From the NCBI GenBank assembly GCA_000043285.1, contig BX248583.1, forward strand, positions 390,001 to 422,000: DNA of 32,000 bases, read 5' to 3'. The stretch comes from Candidatus Blochmanniella floridana. Its GTDB lineage: Bacteria; Pseudomonadota; Gammaproteobacteria; Enterobacterales; Enterobacteriaceae. The notes under the pieces are model-generated. The model did no database searches, was not told the DNA's origin, and worked only from the letters and a program-made list of their open reading frames with translations. Within the stretch, counting starts at the first letter, position 1; each line of letters opens with the position of its first letter. Both the position numbers and the translations under genes were made by a program. Below are positions 18,457-26,977 of the stretch, piece by piece.

Positions 18457-19803
18457 CTACATATCAGGATAAATCATATTTTCTGGACAAACCCAATCAT
18501 CAAACTGTTTTTCAGTTACGTAACCCGATTGTATCGATGCAGCTTTTAAAGTAATTCCATTTAAATAAGCTGTTTGAGCAATTTGTGCTGATTTATCATA
18601 TCCTATATGAGAACTTAATGCTGTTACTAACATTAAAGATTTGTTTAACAATTTTTCAATTCTTTTGAATTTTGGTCTGATACCCACAATACAATAATCA
18701 TGAAAATTTTTTATACTATCTGTAAGTAATCGTATTGATTGTAAAAAATTGTAAATAATTAAAGGCCTATATGTATTTAATTGTAACTGTCCAGATGAAC
18801 CTCCCAAACTAATGCTTAAATCATTACCCATAACTTGGCAACATGACATAGTCATAGACTCACATTGCGTAGGATTAACTTTACCAGGCATAATAGAACT
18901 TCCAGGTTCATTAGCAGGAATAATCAACTCTCCCAGACCACACTGAGGACCAGATGATAACAAACGTATATCGTTTGCAATCTTCATCATGGATATAGCT
19001 AATCCCTTCAAAGTCCCATGACTATAAACTATAGCATCACACGTAGATAAAGATTCAAATTTATTAGGAGCGCTAAAAAAAGAGTGATGAATTAGTTTAG
19101 ACAAGCCTAATACAACACGTTCTGCATATTCTACATGAGCGCTAAATCCTGTCCCTACTGCCGTTCCTCCTAATGCCAATGCACTTAAATCAAGAATAGT
19201 TGATTGAATATGATTTGTATTATTTTTTAACATAAAATCCCATCCGGAAATTTCTTGCCCTAAAGTCAATGGAATAGCATCCTGCAAATGAGTACGTCCA
19301 ATTTTTATAATATTACGAAATTCAATAGATTTTTTTAAAAAAGTTTTTTGTAATAATTTAATTACAGGTATTAGTTTTGTTTTTAAATTAACTACTGCTG
19401 CAATGTGCATTGCACTAGGAAAAACATCATTTGAACTTTGACTTTTATTGACATGATCGTTTGGATGTACGACTATATTTATCTGATTTTTTCTTAATAA
19501 TTCATTTGCCCTATTTGCCAAAACTTCATTCATATTCATATTGCTTTGAGTACCAGATCCAGTTTGCCACACTGATAATGGAAATTCATTTTTATGATTG
19601 CCAGATAATATTTCATCTACTGCTGCAATAATAGCTTGAGAACGTTCATAATCAAGTAATTTTAAATCATAATTTACTTGAGCTGATACTCGTTTTATTT
19701 GAGCTAATGCTTTAATTAATTCCCAAGGCATTTTTTCTGTAGAAATATTAAAAAATTTTAAAGAAGATTCTGTTTGATCTCCCCATAATCTATTACATAT
19801 CAT
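18457..19803 (-). CDS. fumC: Class II fumarate hydratase
   Basis: 448 aa. WQTGSGTQSNMNMNEVLANRA, VHPND.VNKSQSSNDVFP, GRTHLQDA.PLTLGQE and the GSSIMPGKVNPTQCE signature match E. coli FumC. The N-terminus is about 19 aa shorter than E. coli, and an in-frame TAA lies 7 codons upstream of the ATG. Confidence 0.93.
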   Translation of the reverse strand: MICNRLWGDQTESSLKFFNISTEKMPWELIKALAQIKRVSAQVNYDLKLLDYERSQAIIAAVDEILSGNHKNEFPLSVWQTGSGTQSNMNMNEVLANRANELLRKNQINIVVHPNDHVNKSQSSNDVFPSAMHIAAVVNLKTKLIPVIKLLQKTFLKKSIEFRNIIKIGRTHLQDAIPLTLGQEISGWDFMLKNNTNHIQSTILDLSALALGGTAVGTGFSAHVEYAERVVLGLSKLIHHSFFSAPNKFESLSTCDAIVYSHGTLKGLAISMMKIANDIRLLSSGPQCGLGELIIPANEPGSSIMPGKVNPTQCESMTMSCCQVMGNDLSISLGGSSGQLQLNTYRPLIIYNFLQSIRLLTDSIKNFHDYCIVGIRPKFKRIEKLLNKSLMLVTALSSHIGYDKSAQIAQTAYLNGITLKAASIQSGYVTEKQFDDWVCPENMIYPDM

Positions 19804-19943
19804 TGGATTATCCCTATATAATTAATATACAATATATAATATATTAAATATCGGTATATTTTTCATAAAAATTATATATTTAATTAAATCACATAATTTG
19901 CATATAGTATATTTATATCAAAAATAATAAAAACTTAAAAACA

Positions 19944-21986
19944 ATGATTATATATAATCTAAATACTCACATTAAATCTTTTCTAGTATTTACCTTAATT
20001 ATAAAATTAATAATGCTAGATTCCCTAGCGTATTATAATTGTATATCTAAATTTGATACGCATAAATTCATTCATGCTTATACATATAACAATATAACTA
20101 ATACATATGACATATATCAATCTAAAATCAATAAATTATCACTAATTAATATTAATAAAAACAACAATAATATTAATTACTATTACTTTTCAAATAATAA
20201 TACTGTATTACTATCAGAGTATTATAAATATAATAATCAATCTCAAATACAAATAAAAAATGATTCAATAGATTTCTTTCATGTATTGTTAGAATATCCA
20301 TGGAATATGCAATACAAAAAAATCTTATACTTTCTGCAAATAGGGATGAAAAATTTTACAGAAAATAAAATGATTGTTTTTGGCAGCGGAAAAAGATTAG
20401 TTTATAATAAAAAACATATTATAGGATATAATGCTTGTTATCATCATCCTATATCTACTATACAATCTCAACCATATTCTATAAATATTGGAGGTGAATA
20501 TTGGTATCGAAATTTAAAATTTATATTCAATAATTATTATAATATTAACGAAATTTTTTACTCTTATAAGAATATATCGAACCATCATTATTATCAGTAT
20601 CCAAAAATTGGATATCAAATCTGTGCAAAAAGTAATTTTCCATATATCTCAGAATTTATAGGACAAATAAAATTTGAACAATGCGTTTACGATAAAACCA
20701 GAAACAATATACGATTTTGGAATGCGAATAATAAGAATCACATTCTATGTGTAAGCTTAGAATATCAACCTATTCCTATGTTTAATCTATCCATCAACAA
20801 TCGTTTTATATATAAAAAATATTGTAATACTTTTTTCACAATAACATTAAATTATCAATTTCATGTACCGTTAAAACAACAACTCAATAATGTAAATAAT
20901 AATATACAACAAAATAAAATAATATTTAATAATCATCTCAATTCCATACTAAACCCCTTCATTCCTTCTATTGATCCATATTTTATTAAAACTAACAATT
21001 CTAATGAAATTTTATTGACACAATCAAATAATGAAATAATCGGATATCCTGGAGAAAGAAAATTCATTCAAATTGAAGACTATAAAACAAATATACAATG
21101 GAATTACGAATCATTAAAAAAACAAGGCGGAAAAATTTTTCATATACACAATAATCTATATGAAATACATTTACCTAAATCTACTCATTCTATAACAGAT
21201 ATATTTCTTACTTATATTTCGGAATTAAATATAGATAATACAATACATTATACGCAACAAAAAATAAGTATTATTACAAAAAATCCCGACGAACGACAAT
21301 TACAGAATATTCAGTTAGATAGCATATATCCTGATAATATACAAGACAATCCACAATTATTTGTTACTCAGGATACAATCCCAATCAGTAATACCAGTCA
21401 AAATAATCAAAATAAGCAACTTTATGATAATGATATTACTTCAAATAATACCATATCTTCCCAAGATAACAAAAGCAATGAAAAAGATGATACAAAAACG
21501 ATTATTACACTTAATGACGACAATGATAACAATTCAAATGATTTTAACAACATACCTACGCCACCACCAATGTTATTATCTTCTAATAAGTTCGAACTTG
21601 CACAACCACCCCTATTAAGATCATTGTCTCTATCTACTATACAACAAGAAAAAAAGATTGATTTAAATACAACAGATATAAACAAACATAGTGGTCAATC
21701 CTCACTTACTGTACAACAAGATAAGTATGATGATGAAAATCAATATCATTCTAATCATAATATAAATGAATCAAATAACACTGATTTAGCTTGTCGTTTA
21801 TTAATACATAAAAAAACTAATTTTTTATCAATCAATACAAATGCATATGTAGAAAATTTAGAAAAGTCTATATTAGAAAGAAAAAAAATCAAACGTATGA
21901 GTGATATGGAAAAGATTTTTAATAAATTACGTATTACTCAATCACAGTCATCTATTGATGAATCTACAACAACAGATGACAGTTAA
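19944..21986 (+). CDS. Putative inverse autotransporter (intimin/invasin-family outer-membrane protein). It has an N-terminal hydrophobic leader, a beta-barrel-like region at about aa 115-313, one invasin-like proximal passenger segment, then an N/D/Q-rich low-complexity C-terminal half.
   Basis: Uninterrupted 680-codon ORF. Ordered motifs match remembered invasin/intimin beta-domains: LLEYPW..ILYFLQIGMKN....FGSGKR; SINIGGEYWYRNLKFIFNNY; FPYISEFIGQIKFEQCVYD; SLEYQPIPMFNLSI; ITLNYQFHVPLKQQL; then NIQWNYESLKKQGGKIFH. There is no obvious Shine-Dalgarno, so the start codon is uncertain. No search was run. Confidence 0.6.
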   Translation: MIIYNLNTHIKSFLVFTLIIKLIMLDSLAYYNCISKFDTHKFIHAYTYNNITNTYDIYQSKINKLSLININKNNNNINYYYFSNNNTVLLSEYYKYNNQSQIQIKNDSIDFFHVLLEYPWNMQYKKILYFLQIGMKNFTENKMIVFGSGKRLVYNKKHIIGYNACYHHPISTIQSQPYSINIGGEYWYRNLKFIFNNYYNINEIFYSYKNISNHHYYQYPKIGYQICAKSNFPYISEFIGQIKFEQCVYDKTRNNIRFWNANNKNHILCVSLEYQPIPMFNLSINNRFIYKKYCNTFFTITLNYQFHVPLKQQLNNVNNNIQQNKIIFNNHLNSILNPFIPSIDPYFIKTNNSNEILLTQSNNEIIGYPGERKFIQIEDYKTNIQWNYESLKKQGGKIFHIHNNLYEIHLPKSTHSITDIFLTYISELNIDNTIHYTQQKISIITKNPDERQLQNIQLDSIYPDNIQDNPQLFVTQDTIPISNTSQNNQNKQLYDNDITSNNTISSQDNKSNEKDDTKTIITLNDDNDNNSNDFNNIPTPPPMLLSSNKFELAQPPLLRSLSLSTIQQEKKIDLNTTDINKHSGQSSLTVQQDKYDDENQYHSNHNINESNNTDLACRLLIHKKTNFLSINTNAYVENLEKSILERKKIKRMSDMEKIFNKLRITQSQSSIDESTTTDDS

Positions 21987-22018
21987 TATAATATATAAAA
22001 ATATATTAATAATAAAAA

Positions 22019-22118
22019 AAGCAAATCTGAATCTTGGCTAGGAATAAATCAACAAAACCATTGTGATTAATCACAATGGTTTTGTTGATTTATTCCTAGC
22101 CAAGATTCAGATTTGCTT
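22019..22118. terminator. 100-nt perfect palindrome (50-bp arms, no spacer) between the 680-aa ORF (+) and ubiX (-). The right arm encodes the last 16 codons of ubiX, and the ubiX stop codon sits at the palindrome centre. The U-tract is on the minus (ubiX) side.
   Basis: 22019-22068 (AAGCAAATCTGAATCTTGGCTAGGAATAAATCAACAAAACCATTGTGATT) is the exact reverse complement of 22069-22118, checked base by base. An A-run at 22011-22018 gives a U-run after the stem on the minus-strand transcript. Confidence 0.8.
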
Positions 22119-22666
22119 AAGGGATCAGAATAAATACCAAATAAATTTAACATTCTTATTACACTATAGTATACAATATCATCTATAGTTTTAGGATTTG
22201 TATAATATGCTGGAACTGGAGGCATAATTACAGCTCCAAATTCAGCTAATTTTACCATAGTTCTCAAATGCCCCACATGTAAAGGAGTTTCTCTAATTAT
22301 TAAAACTAATTTTCTTTTTTCTTTCAACATAACATCCGCAACACGACTAATTAATGATGACGTCACACCTGATTTAATTTCTGACATTGTTTTAATTGAA
22401 CACGGAGCTATCAACATCCCTAAAGTTTTATATGAACCACTAGATATAATGGCCCCAATATCTTGAGAAAAATATACAAAATCTGCCATTTTTTGTATAG
22501 ATTGACGATGAATATTTAGTTCGTGTTTCAATGTAACTAAAGCATTACGTGTTACAACAAGATGAGATTCTATATTATATTTCTTCAATATAGACAAAGC
22601 TTTAATTCCATAAATTCCTCCAGAAGCTCCTGATATTCCAACAATTAAACGTAATTTTCTACACAT
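22067..22666 (-). CDS. ubiX: Flavin prenyltransferase UbiX
   Basis: 199 aa. LIVGISGASG.IYG, SSGS..TLGM.I.PCSIKT, V.LKE.R.LVL..RETPLH.GHLR.M...AE.GAVIMPPVPA.Y matches E. coli UbiX. The C-terminus is a few residues longer than in E. coli. Confidence 0.94.
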   Translation of the reverse strand: MCRKLRLIVGISGASGGIYGIKALSILKKYNIESHLVVTRNALVTLKHELNIHRQSIQKMADFVYFSQDIGAIISSGSYKTLGMLIAPCSIKTMSEIKSGVTSSLISRVADVMLKEKRKLVLIIRETPLHVGHLRTMVKLAEFGAVIMPPVPAYYTNPKTIDDIVYYSVIRMLNLFGIYSDPLSKSESWLGINQQNHCD

Positions 22667-22729
22667 AATTACCTTCCAATATCAAAATAATACAATATTT
22701 TTCATCTATCAAATATTTATCAACACATA

Positions 22730-23506
22730 TTAATTACTAATTAAAAATAGCTCATTAACCTTCCTTAATGACTCTGGAGTATCTACACTGATATTACGTA
22801 TATTATCCATTACAGACACATATATTGTTTCTCCATTCCATAGTATTCGTAATTGCTCAAGCATTTCATATTTCTCTAACGAACTTTTAATCCAGTTCAT
22901 ATAACGACTCAGAAAATTAACACGATAAGCATAAATCCCAATATGACGTAACCATATACCTAATTCTTGATTGAAATCATGATTAATGCTCATCCAAGGA
23001 ATCATCGAACGAGAAAAATATAAAGCAACACCATATATATTTACAACAACTTTAACGATATTACTATCTATTACTTCGTTATAAAAAAATATTGGAGTAG
23101 CTAACGTTGATACACTAATATTATTAGAGGTAGTCATATTAAAAACATCAACTATTTGATGAATCATATATGATGAAATTAAAGGTTCATCACCTTGTAA
23201 TTGTACAATGATTTGATCATCTGCAAATCTATAACGTTTAACGATTTCTGAAATACGTTCAGTTCCTGATTGATGATCAGAGTAAGTTAAACACACTTCA
23301 ACTTTATCTCCAAAAGAATAATATTCATACTCAACTATTTGTTTTATAGAAACACTATCAGTAGCTACTATTATTTTAGTAGTTTTAGTGGTTAACGCCT
23401 TTTCTATAACTCGTATAATCATAGGTTTACCCTGAATATCAGCCAACAATTTTCCAGGAAAACGAGAGGAAAAAAACCGAGCAGGAATAATGATTATAAA
23501 ATTCAT
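22730..23506 (-). CDS. kdsB: 3-deoxy-manno-octulosonate cytidylyltransferase (CMP-Kdo synthetase)
   Basis: 258 aa. IIIPAR..S.R.PGK.L.DI.GKPMI, HQSGTERI.E, VQLQGDEPLI, ALYFSR..IPW, RH.GIY.YR, LE..EMLEQLR.LW.GE.I.V match E. coli KdsB. Confidence 0.94.
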   Translation of the reverse strand: MNFIIIIPARFFSSRFPGKLLADIQGKPMIIRVIEKALTTKTTKIIVATDSVSIKQIVEYEYYSFGDKVEVCLTYSDHQSGTERISEIVKRYRFADDQIIVQLQGDEPLISSYMIHQIVDVFNMTTSNNISVSTLATPIFFYNEVIDSNIVKVVVNIYGVALYFSRSMIPWMSINHDFNQELGIWLRHIGIYAYRVNFLSRYMNWIKSSLEKYEMLEQLRILWNGETIYVSVMDNIRNISVDTPESLRKVNELFLISN

Positions 23507-23694
23507 TGGTTATCTATAATTTTGCAATTCAAATATCGAATTTGATTTTTTAATAAAACTGGAATTCCTTGTTTTAGAGGAAAACTAATGTTCTCAATAT
23601 TACAAATTAATTCTGTTTCTGTATCATTCATAAATAACCGTGTATAACAAAAAGGACAAACGATAATTTCTAATAATTTTTTTTGCATAATCAC
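23503..23694 (-). CDS. ycaR: Trm112/UPF0434-family small zinc-ribbon protein YcaR
   Basis: 63 aa. LLEII.CP.C...L.......ELIC......FPL..GIPVLL matches E. coli YcaR. ATGA overlap with kdsB, and lpxK-ycaR-kdsB order as in E. coli. Confidence 0.88.
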   Translation of the reverse strand: MIMQKKLLEIIVCPFCYTRLFMNDTETELICNIENISFPLKQGIPVLLKNQIRYLNCKIIDNQ

Positions 23695-23749
23695 ACACTA
23701 TCATCATTAATATGTCACAATTATAAAATTAATGCTCAAACACTCCATT

Positions 23750-24751
23750 TTAATTATTTTTATAATACTGAATTGTACTCTCTATCTTAGATAATAATTT
23801 TTTTGTATCTTCTTGATGTATGTTAACATCTATATGTACATACCACCAGTTTTCATGCGCAAAATCTAAACATTTAATAGCATCTTTTTCTGTCATTAAT
23901 AACATTTCATTTCCAGAAGTAAGAGAAGATAACATTATTTCAGAATACATATGATGATCAGAAAATTCTATTGTTTTGATAGGAAAAATTCCATAATCTT
24001 GTAAAGTCATAAAAAATTGCTTCGGATATCCAATTCCAGCTATAGCTACAACGTCCTTCAATGGTTGAATAGGTCGAATCTCCCCTGTTACAAGATTAAT
24101 TATTGATCTAGGACATAACTGCATTAGTATTGCACCAGATTGAATATCATTACTTAATCCATTAATAATAATTGCCTGCACTGTATTTAGTCGAGTAATT
24201 CGTTCACGCATAGGCCCAGCCGGTAACCAACAACCATTTCCGAAACGACGTAGACTATGTACAACCACCCACTCTATATCTCTAAAAAGAGCATAATGTT
24301 GCAACCCATCATCACTAATGATTATATCTAATAAAGGTTGCTTTTTTAATAAAGCAGATACAGCTTTAACTCTGTTAGGAGAAACAGATACTAATACACC
24401 CGTCCTCCTCCAAATAAGTAATGGTTCATCTCCACATTTTTTACTACAACTAGTACTATTAATAATAATCGGATACTTATCAGACCTACCGCCATAACCC
24501 CTAGAAACTACTCCAACTCTCCAACCACGAGTCTTTAATTGATCAATTAACCATAATACCATGGGAGTTTTTCCGTTACCTCCAATAGTTAAATTTCCAA
24601 TAACTATAATAGGCACTGAAAATCGATATACTTTACGCCATCCATATTTATAACTAATGCGATTTAACGTACTGAAAAATCCATATACCCAAGAAAAAGG
24701 AAGTAAAAATAAATAACATAATGATGAACCAAACCAAATATTAAACAACAT
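23750..24751 (-). CDS. lpxK: Tetraacyldisaccharide 4'-kinase (lipid A biosynthesis)
   Basis: 333 aa. LLPFSW.YG, P-loop VIGNLT.GGNGKTP.V.WL, VVSRGYGG, GDEP, DDGLQHY.L.RD.E, RRFGNG.WLPAGPMRE, MTEKDA.KC, ENWWY match E. coli LpxK. Confidence 0.94.
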   Translation of the reverse strand: MLFNIWFGSSLCYLFLLPFSWVYGFFSTLNRISYKYGWRKVYRFSVPIIVIGNLTIGGNGKTPMVLWLIDQLKTRGWRVGVVSRGYGGRSDKYPIIINSTSCSKKCGDEPLLIWRRTGVLVSVSPNRVKAVSALLKKQPLLDIIISDDGLQHYALFRDIEWVVVHSLRRFGNGCWLPAGPMRERITRLNTVQAIIINGLSNDIQSGAILMQLCPRSIINLVTGEIRPIQPLKDVVAIAGIGYPKQFFMTLQDYGIFPIKTIEFSDHHMYSEIMLSSLTSGNEMLLMTEKDAIKCLDFAHENWWYVHIDVNIHQEDTKKLLSKIESTIQYYKNN

Positions 24752-26502
24752 CAGGAAAATTGAAATTTATATAACTGAGAATAAACACCTTTATGATTTA
24801 ATAAATCCACATGTATTCCTCTTTCCACAATAGATCCTCGTTCAACTACTAAAATTTCATCCGCATTTTCTATAGTAGATAAACGATGTGCAATAATTAA
24901 TGATGTTCTATTTTTCTTTAATATATTAATAGATTTATAAATAATACATTCAGATTCAGTATCCAAAGATGAAGTAGCTTCATCTAAAATTAAAATAGGA
25001 CAATTTCTTAATAAAGCCCGAGCAATTGCAATACGTTGACGTTGACCATTAGATAACAATATACCATTTTCTCCAACAATAGTATCAAACCCATTCTTCA
25101 TTTTAGAAATAAACCCCATAGCATACGCCATTTTAGCTGCTTCTTCAATAGAAGCCCTAGAATAAAATCTTGTACGTGCATATGCAATATTATTTGCAAT
25201 AGTATCATTAAATAAATATACATTTTGTGTAACTACAGATACTTGTTCTCTCAAAGAAGTAAGTGTATAATCATTTAAATTTAATCCATCAAGCAATATA
25301 CGACCCTGATACACATCATAAAAACGAGTTAATAAATTTACAATAGTAGATTTTCCAGATCCAGATCTTCCGACTAATGCTATAGTTTTTCCAGATTCAA
25401 TATTAAAATTGATATTACATAAAGATGGAGTATTTGTTTCAGGGTAAAAAAAAGTAACATTATCAAAAATAATATGTCCTTTAACTCTTTTAACGCTAAA
25501 TTTACCTATATTTTTTTCAGTTTTTAAATCTAAAATAGTAAACAAAGTTTGACAAGCTACCATTCCACGCTGAAATTGCGCACTAACATTAGTTAAAGAC
25601 TTTAATGGTTTCATTAATGCTATCATGGATGAAAAAATAACAGTAATTGTTCCAGCACTAAGCATTTCTATAACACTAGGAATACTTGCTATATATAATA
25701 CACAAGCCAATGCTAATGAAGCAACAAACTGAATTAATGGTTCAAATACAGAAGACGTTTGAACCATTTTCATAGTATATTGTCTCATACGATTACTTAA
25801 ATAATTAAATCTATTTTGCTCAAGATGTTGACCTCCAAATATTAACACTTCTTTATGACCTTTTAGCATTTGCTCTACACTATTTACAAGTTGACTCATA
25901 GAATTCTGTATCTTTTTTCCAATATCTTTAAATTTATTGGATACTAACTTAATAATTATGGATATTATCGGCATAATCAAAATTAAAACTAACGATAATT
26001 GCCAACTGTAATAAAACATCATAATACATAACCCAACAACAGATGCTCCTTCTCGAATGATAGTAATTAAAGCTCCAGAAGATGATGATGCAACTTGATC
26101 TGCATCATAAGTAATACGAGACATTAAAGTAGCAGTAGATTGTTCAATAAAAAAAGAAACCGGCATGTTCATTATATGATTAAACAAAAGTCTTCTAATA
26201 TGCATTACCACTTTTCCAGATACCCATGATATACAATAAGTTGACGCAAACCCACTCATCCCGCGCATAATCATTAAACCCATCAATACCAAAGGCATCC
26301 ACATAAAAATCGACCTATTAGCTTTCCCGAAACCTTCATCAAGCAACGGTTTCAACAACGCTAACATTAAAGAATCACTTACTGCATTTATAATTAAAGT
26401 AATAGACGCTATAATTAATCCTATTTTAAAGGGATTAATTATAGGCCAAAGACGCCGAAAGACTTTCCAATTTGATATATTACCATTATTGCAGTAATGC
26501 AT
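24751..26502 (-). CDS. msbA: Lipid A export ABC transporter (flippase) MsbA
   Basis: Collinear with E. coli MsbA from W..FRRLWP.I.PFK.GLI through Walker A GRSGSGKST, signature LS.GQRQRIAIARA and Walker B ILILDEATS.LD to the C-terminal KFQF. ATG at 26502 (583 aa) is preferred to the TTG at 26514. The TGA stop shares one base with the lpxK ATG. Confidence 0.94.
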   Translation of the reverse strand: MHYCNNGNISNWKVFRRLWPIINPFKIGLIIASITLIINAVSDSLMLALLKPLLDEGFGKANRSIFMWMPLVLMGLMIMRGMSGFASTYCISWVSGKVVMHIRRLLFNHIMNMPVSFFIEQSTATLMSRITYDADQVASSSSGALITIIREGASVVGLCIMMFYYSWQLSLVLILIMPIISIIIKLVSNKFKDIGKKIQNSMSQLVNSVEQMLKGHKEVLIFGGQHLEQNRFNYLSNRMRQYTMKMVQTSSVFEPLIQFVASLALACVLYIASIPSVIEMLSAGTITVIFSSMIALMKPLKSLTNVSAQFQRGMVACQTLFTILDLKTEKNIGKFSVKRVKGHIIFDNVTFFYPETNTPSLCNINFNIESGKTIALVGRSGSGKSTIVNLLTRFYDVYQGRILLDGLNLNDYTLTSLREQVSVVTQNVYLFNDTIANNIAYARTRFYSRASIEEAAKMAYAMGFISKMKNGFDTIVGENGILLSNGQRQRIAIARALLRNCPILILDEATSSLDTESECIIYKSINILKKNRTSLIIAHRLSTIENADEILVVERGSIVERGIHVDLLNHKGVYSQLYKFQFS

Positions 26503-26923
26503 GTATACACCCAATTACAATTCTACACTTATGCACTAATCACATTTAATAAAACTCTATAATAATGTTTATACATTGTAATTTTACAAATTACGGTCCA
26601 TTTTATACATAACAATGATACAAAATTTTGATGGTATCAAAATTACATTTAAATTTTAAAACTATATAAATATAATGATGCTATCATTTAACATAAAATT
26701 TCGTTGAACTTTATCTATAATATCTAATCCTATTAACATGCATCATATATTATGATCTATATATAAATTATATTGATATATGATCATATATCACCAAATG
26801 ACTCAAGATAAATCCATGTTGCTAAAAATTTTCTATTATTTTAATAATAGAATATATCTATTATTTTTTAACTACCAAATCATAATATAATTTATTTATA
26901 TCATAAAATTCTAAAAAAACTTC

Positions 26924-26950
26924 ACATATTAATATACTATATTAATATGT
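26924..26950 (-). terminator. Possible intrinsic terminator downstream of rpsA (13-bp AT-rich stem around a single central base)
   Basis: ACATATTAATATA (26924-26936) and TATATTAATATGT (26938-26950) are reverse complements. On the minus strand the stem is followed by GAAGTTTTTTT. The stem has only one G:C pair, so stability is doubtful. Confidence 0.35.
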
Positions 26951-26977
26951 ATTTTTTAAATAAAATATTAATAAATA

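Noticed and set aside
21361-21685. ORFs 21361-21618(+) and 21422-21685(-), nested in the 680-aa ORF
   Set aside because: They fall in the low-complexity N/D/Q-rich part of the larger ORF, where alternative frames stay open by composition alone. They have no start context and no recognisable motifs.
26775-26792. 18-nt perfect palindrome GATATATGATCATATATC (with a central GATC) in the msbA-rpsA spacer, plus several other 6-10-bp AT-only inverted or direct repeats in spacers (for example 14474-14493, 16310-16335, 26618-26640)
   Set aside because: They are AT-only, short and unaccompanied by other signals. At this base composition such repeats are expected by chance, so I cannot distinguish them from background without statistics.
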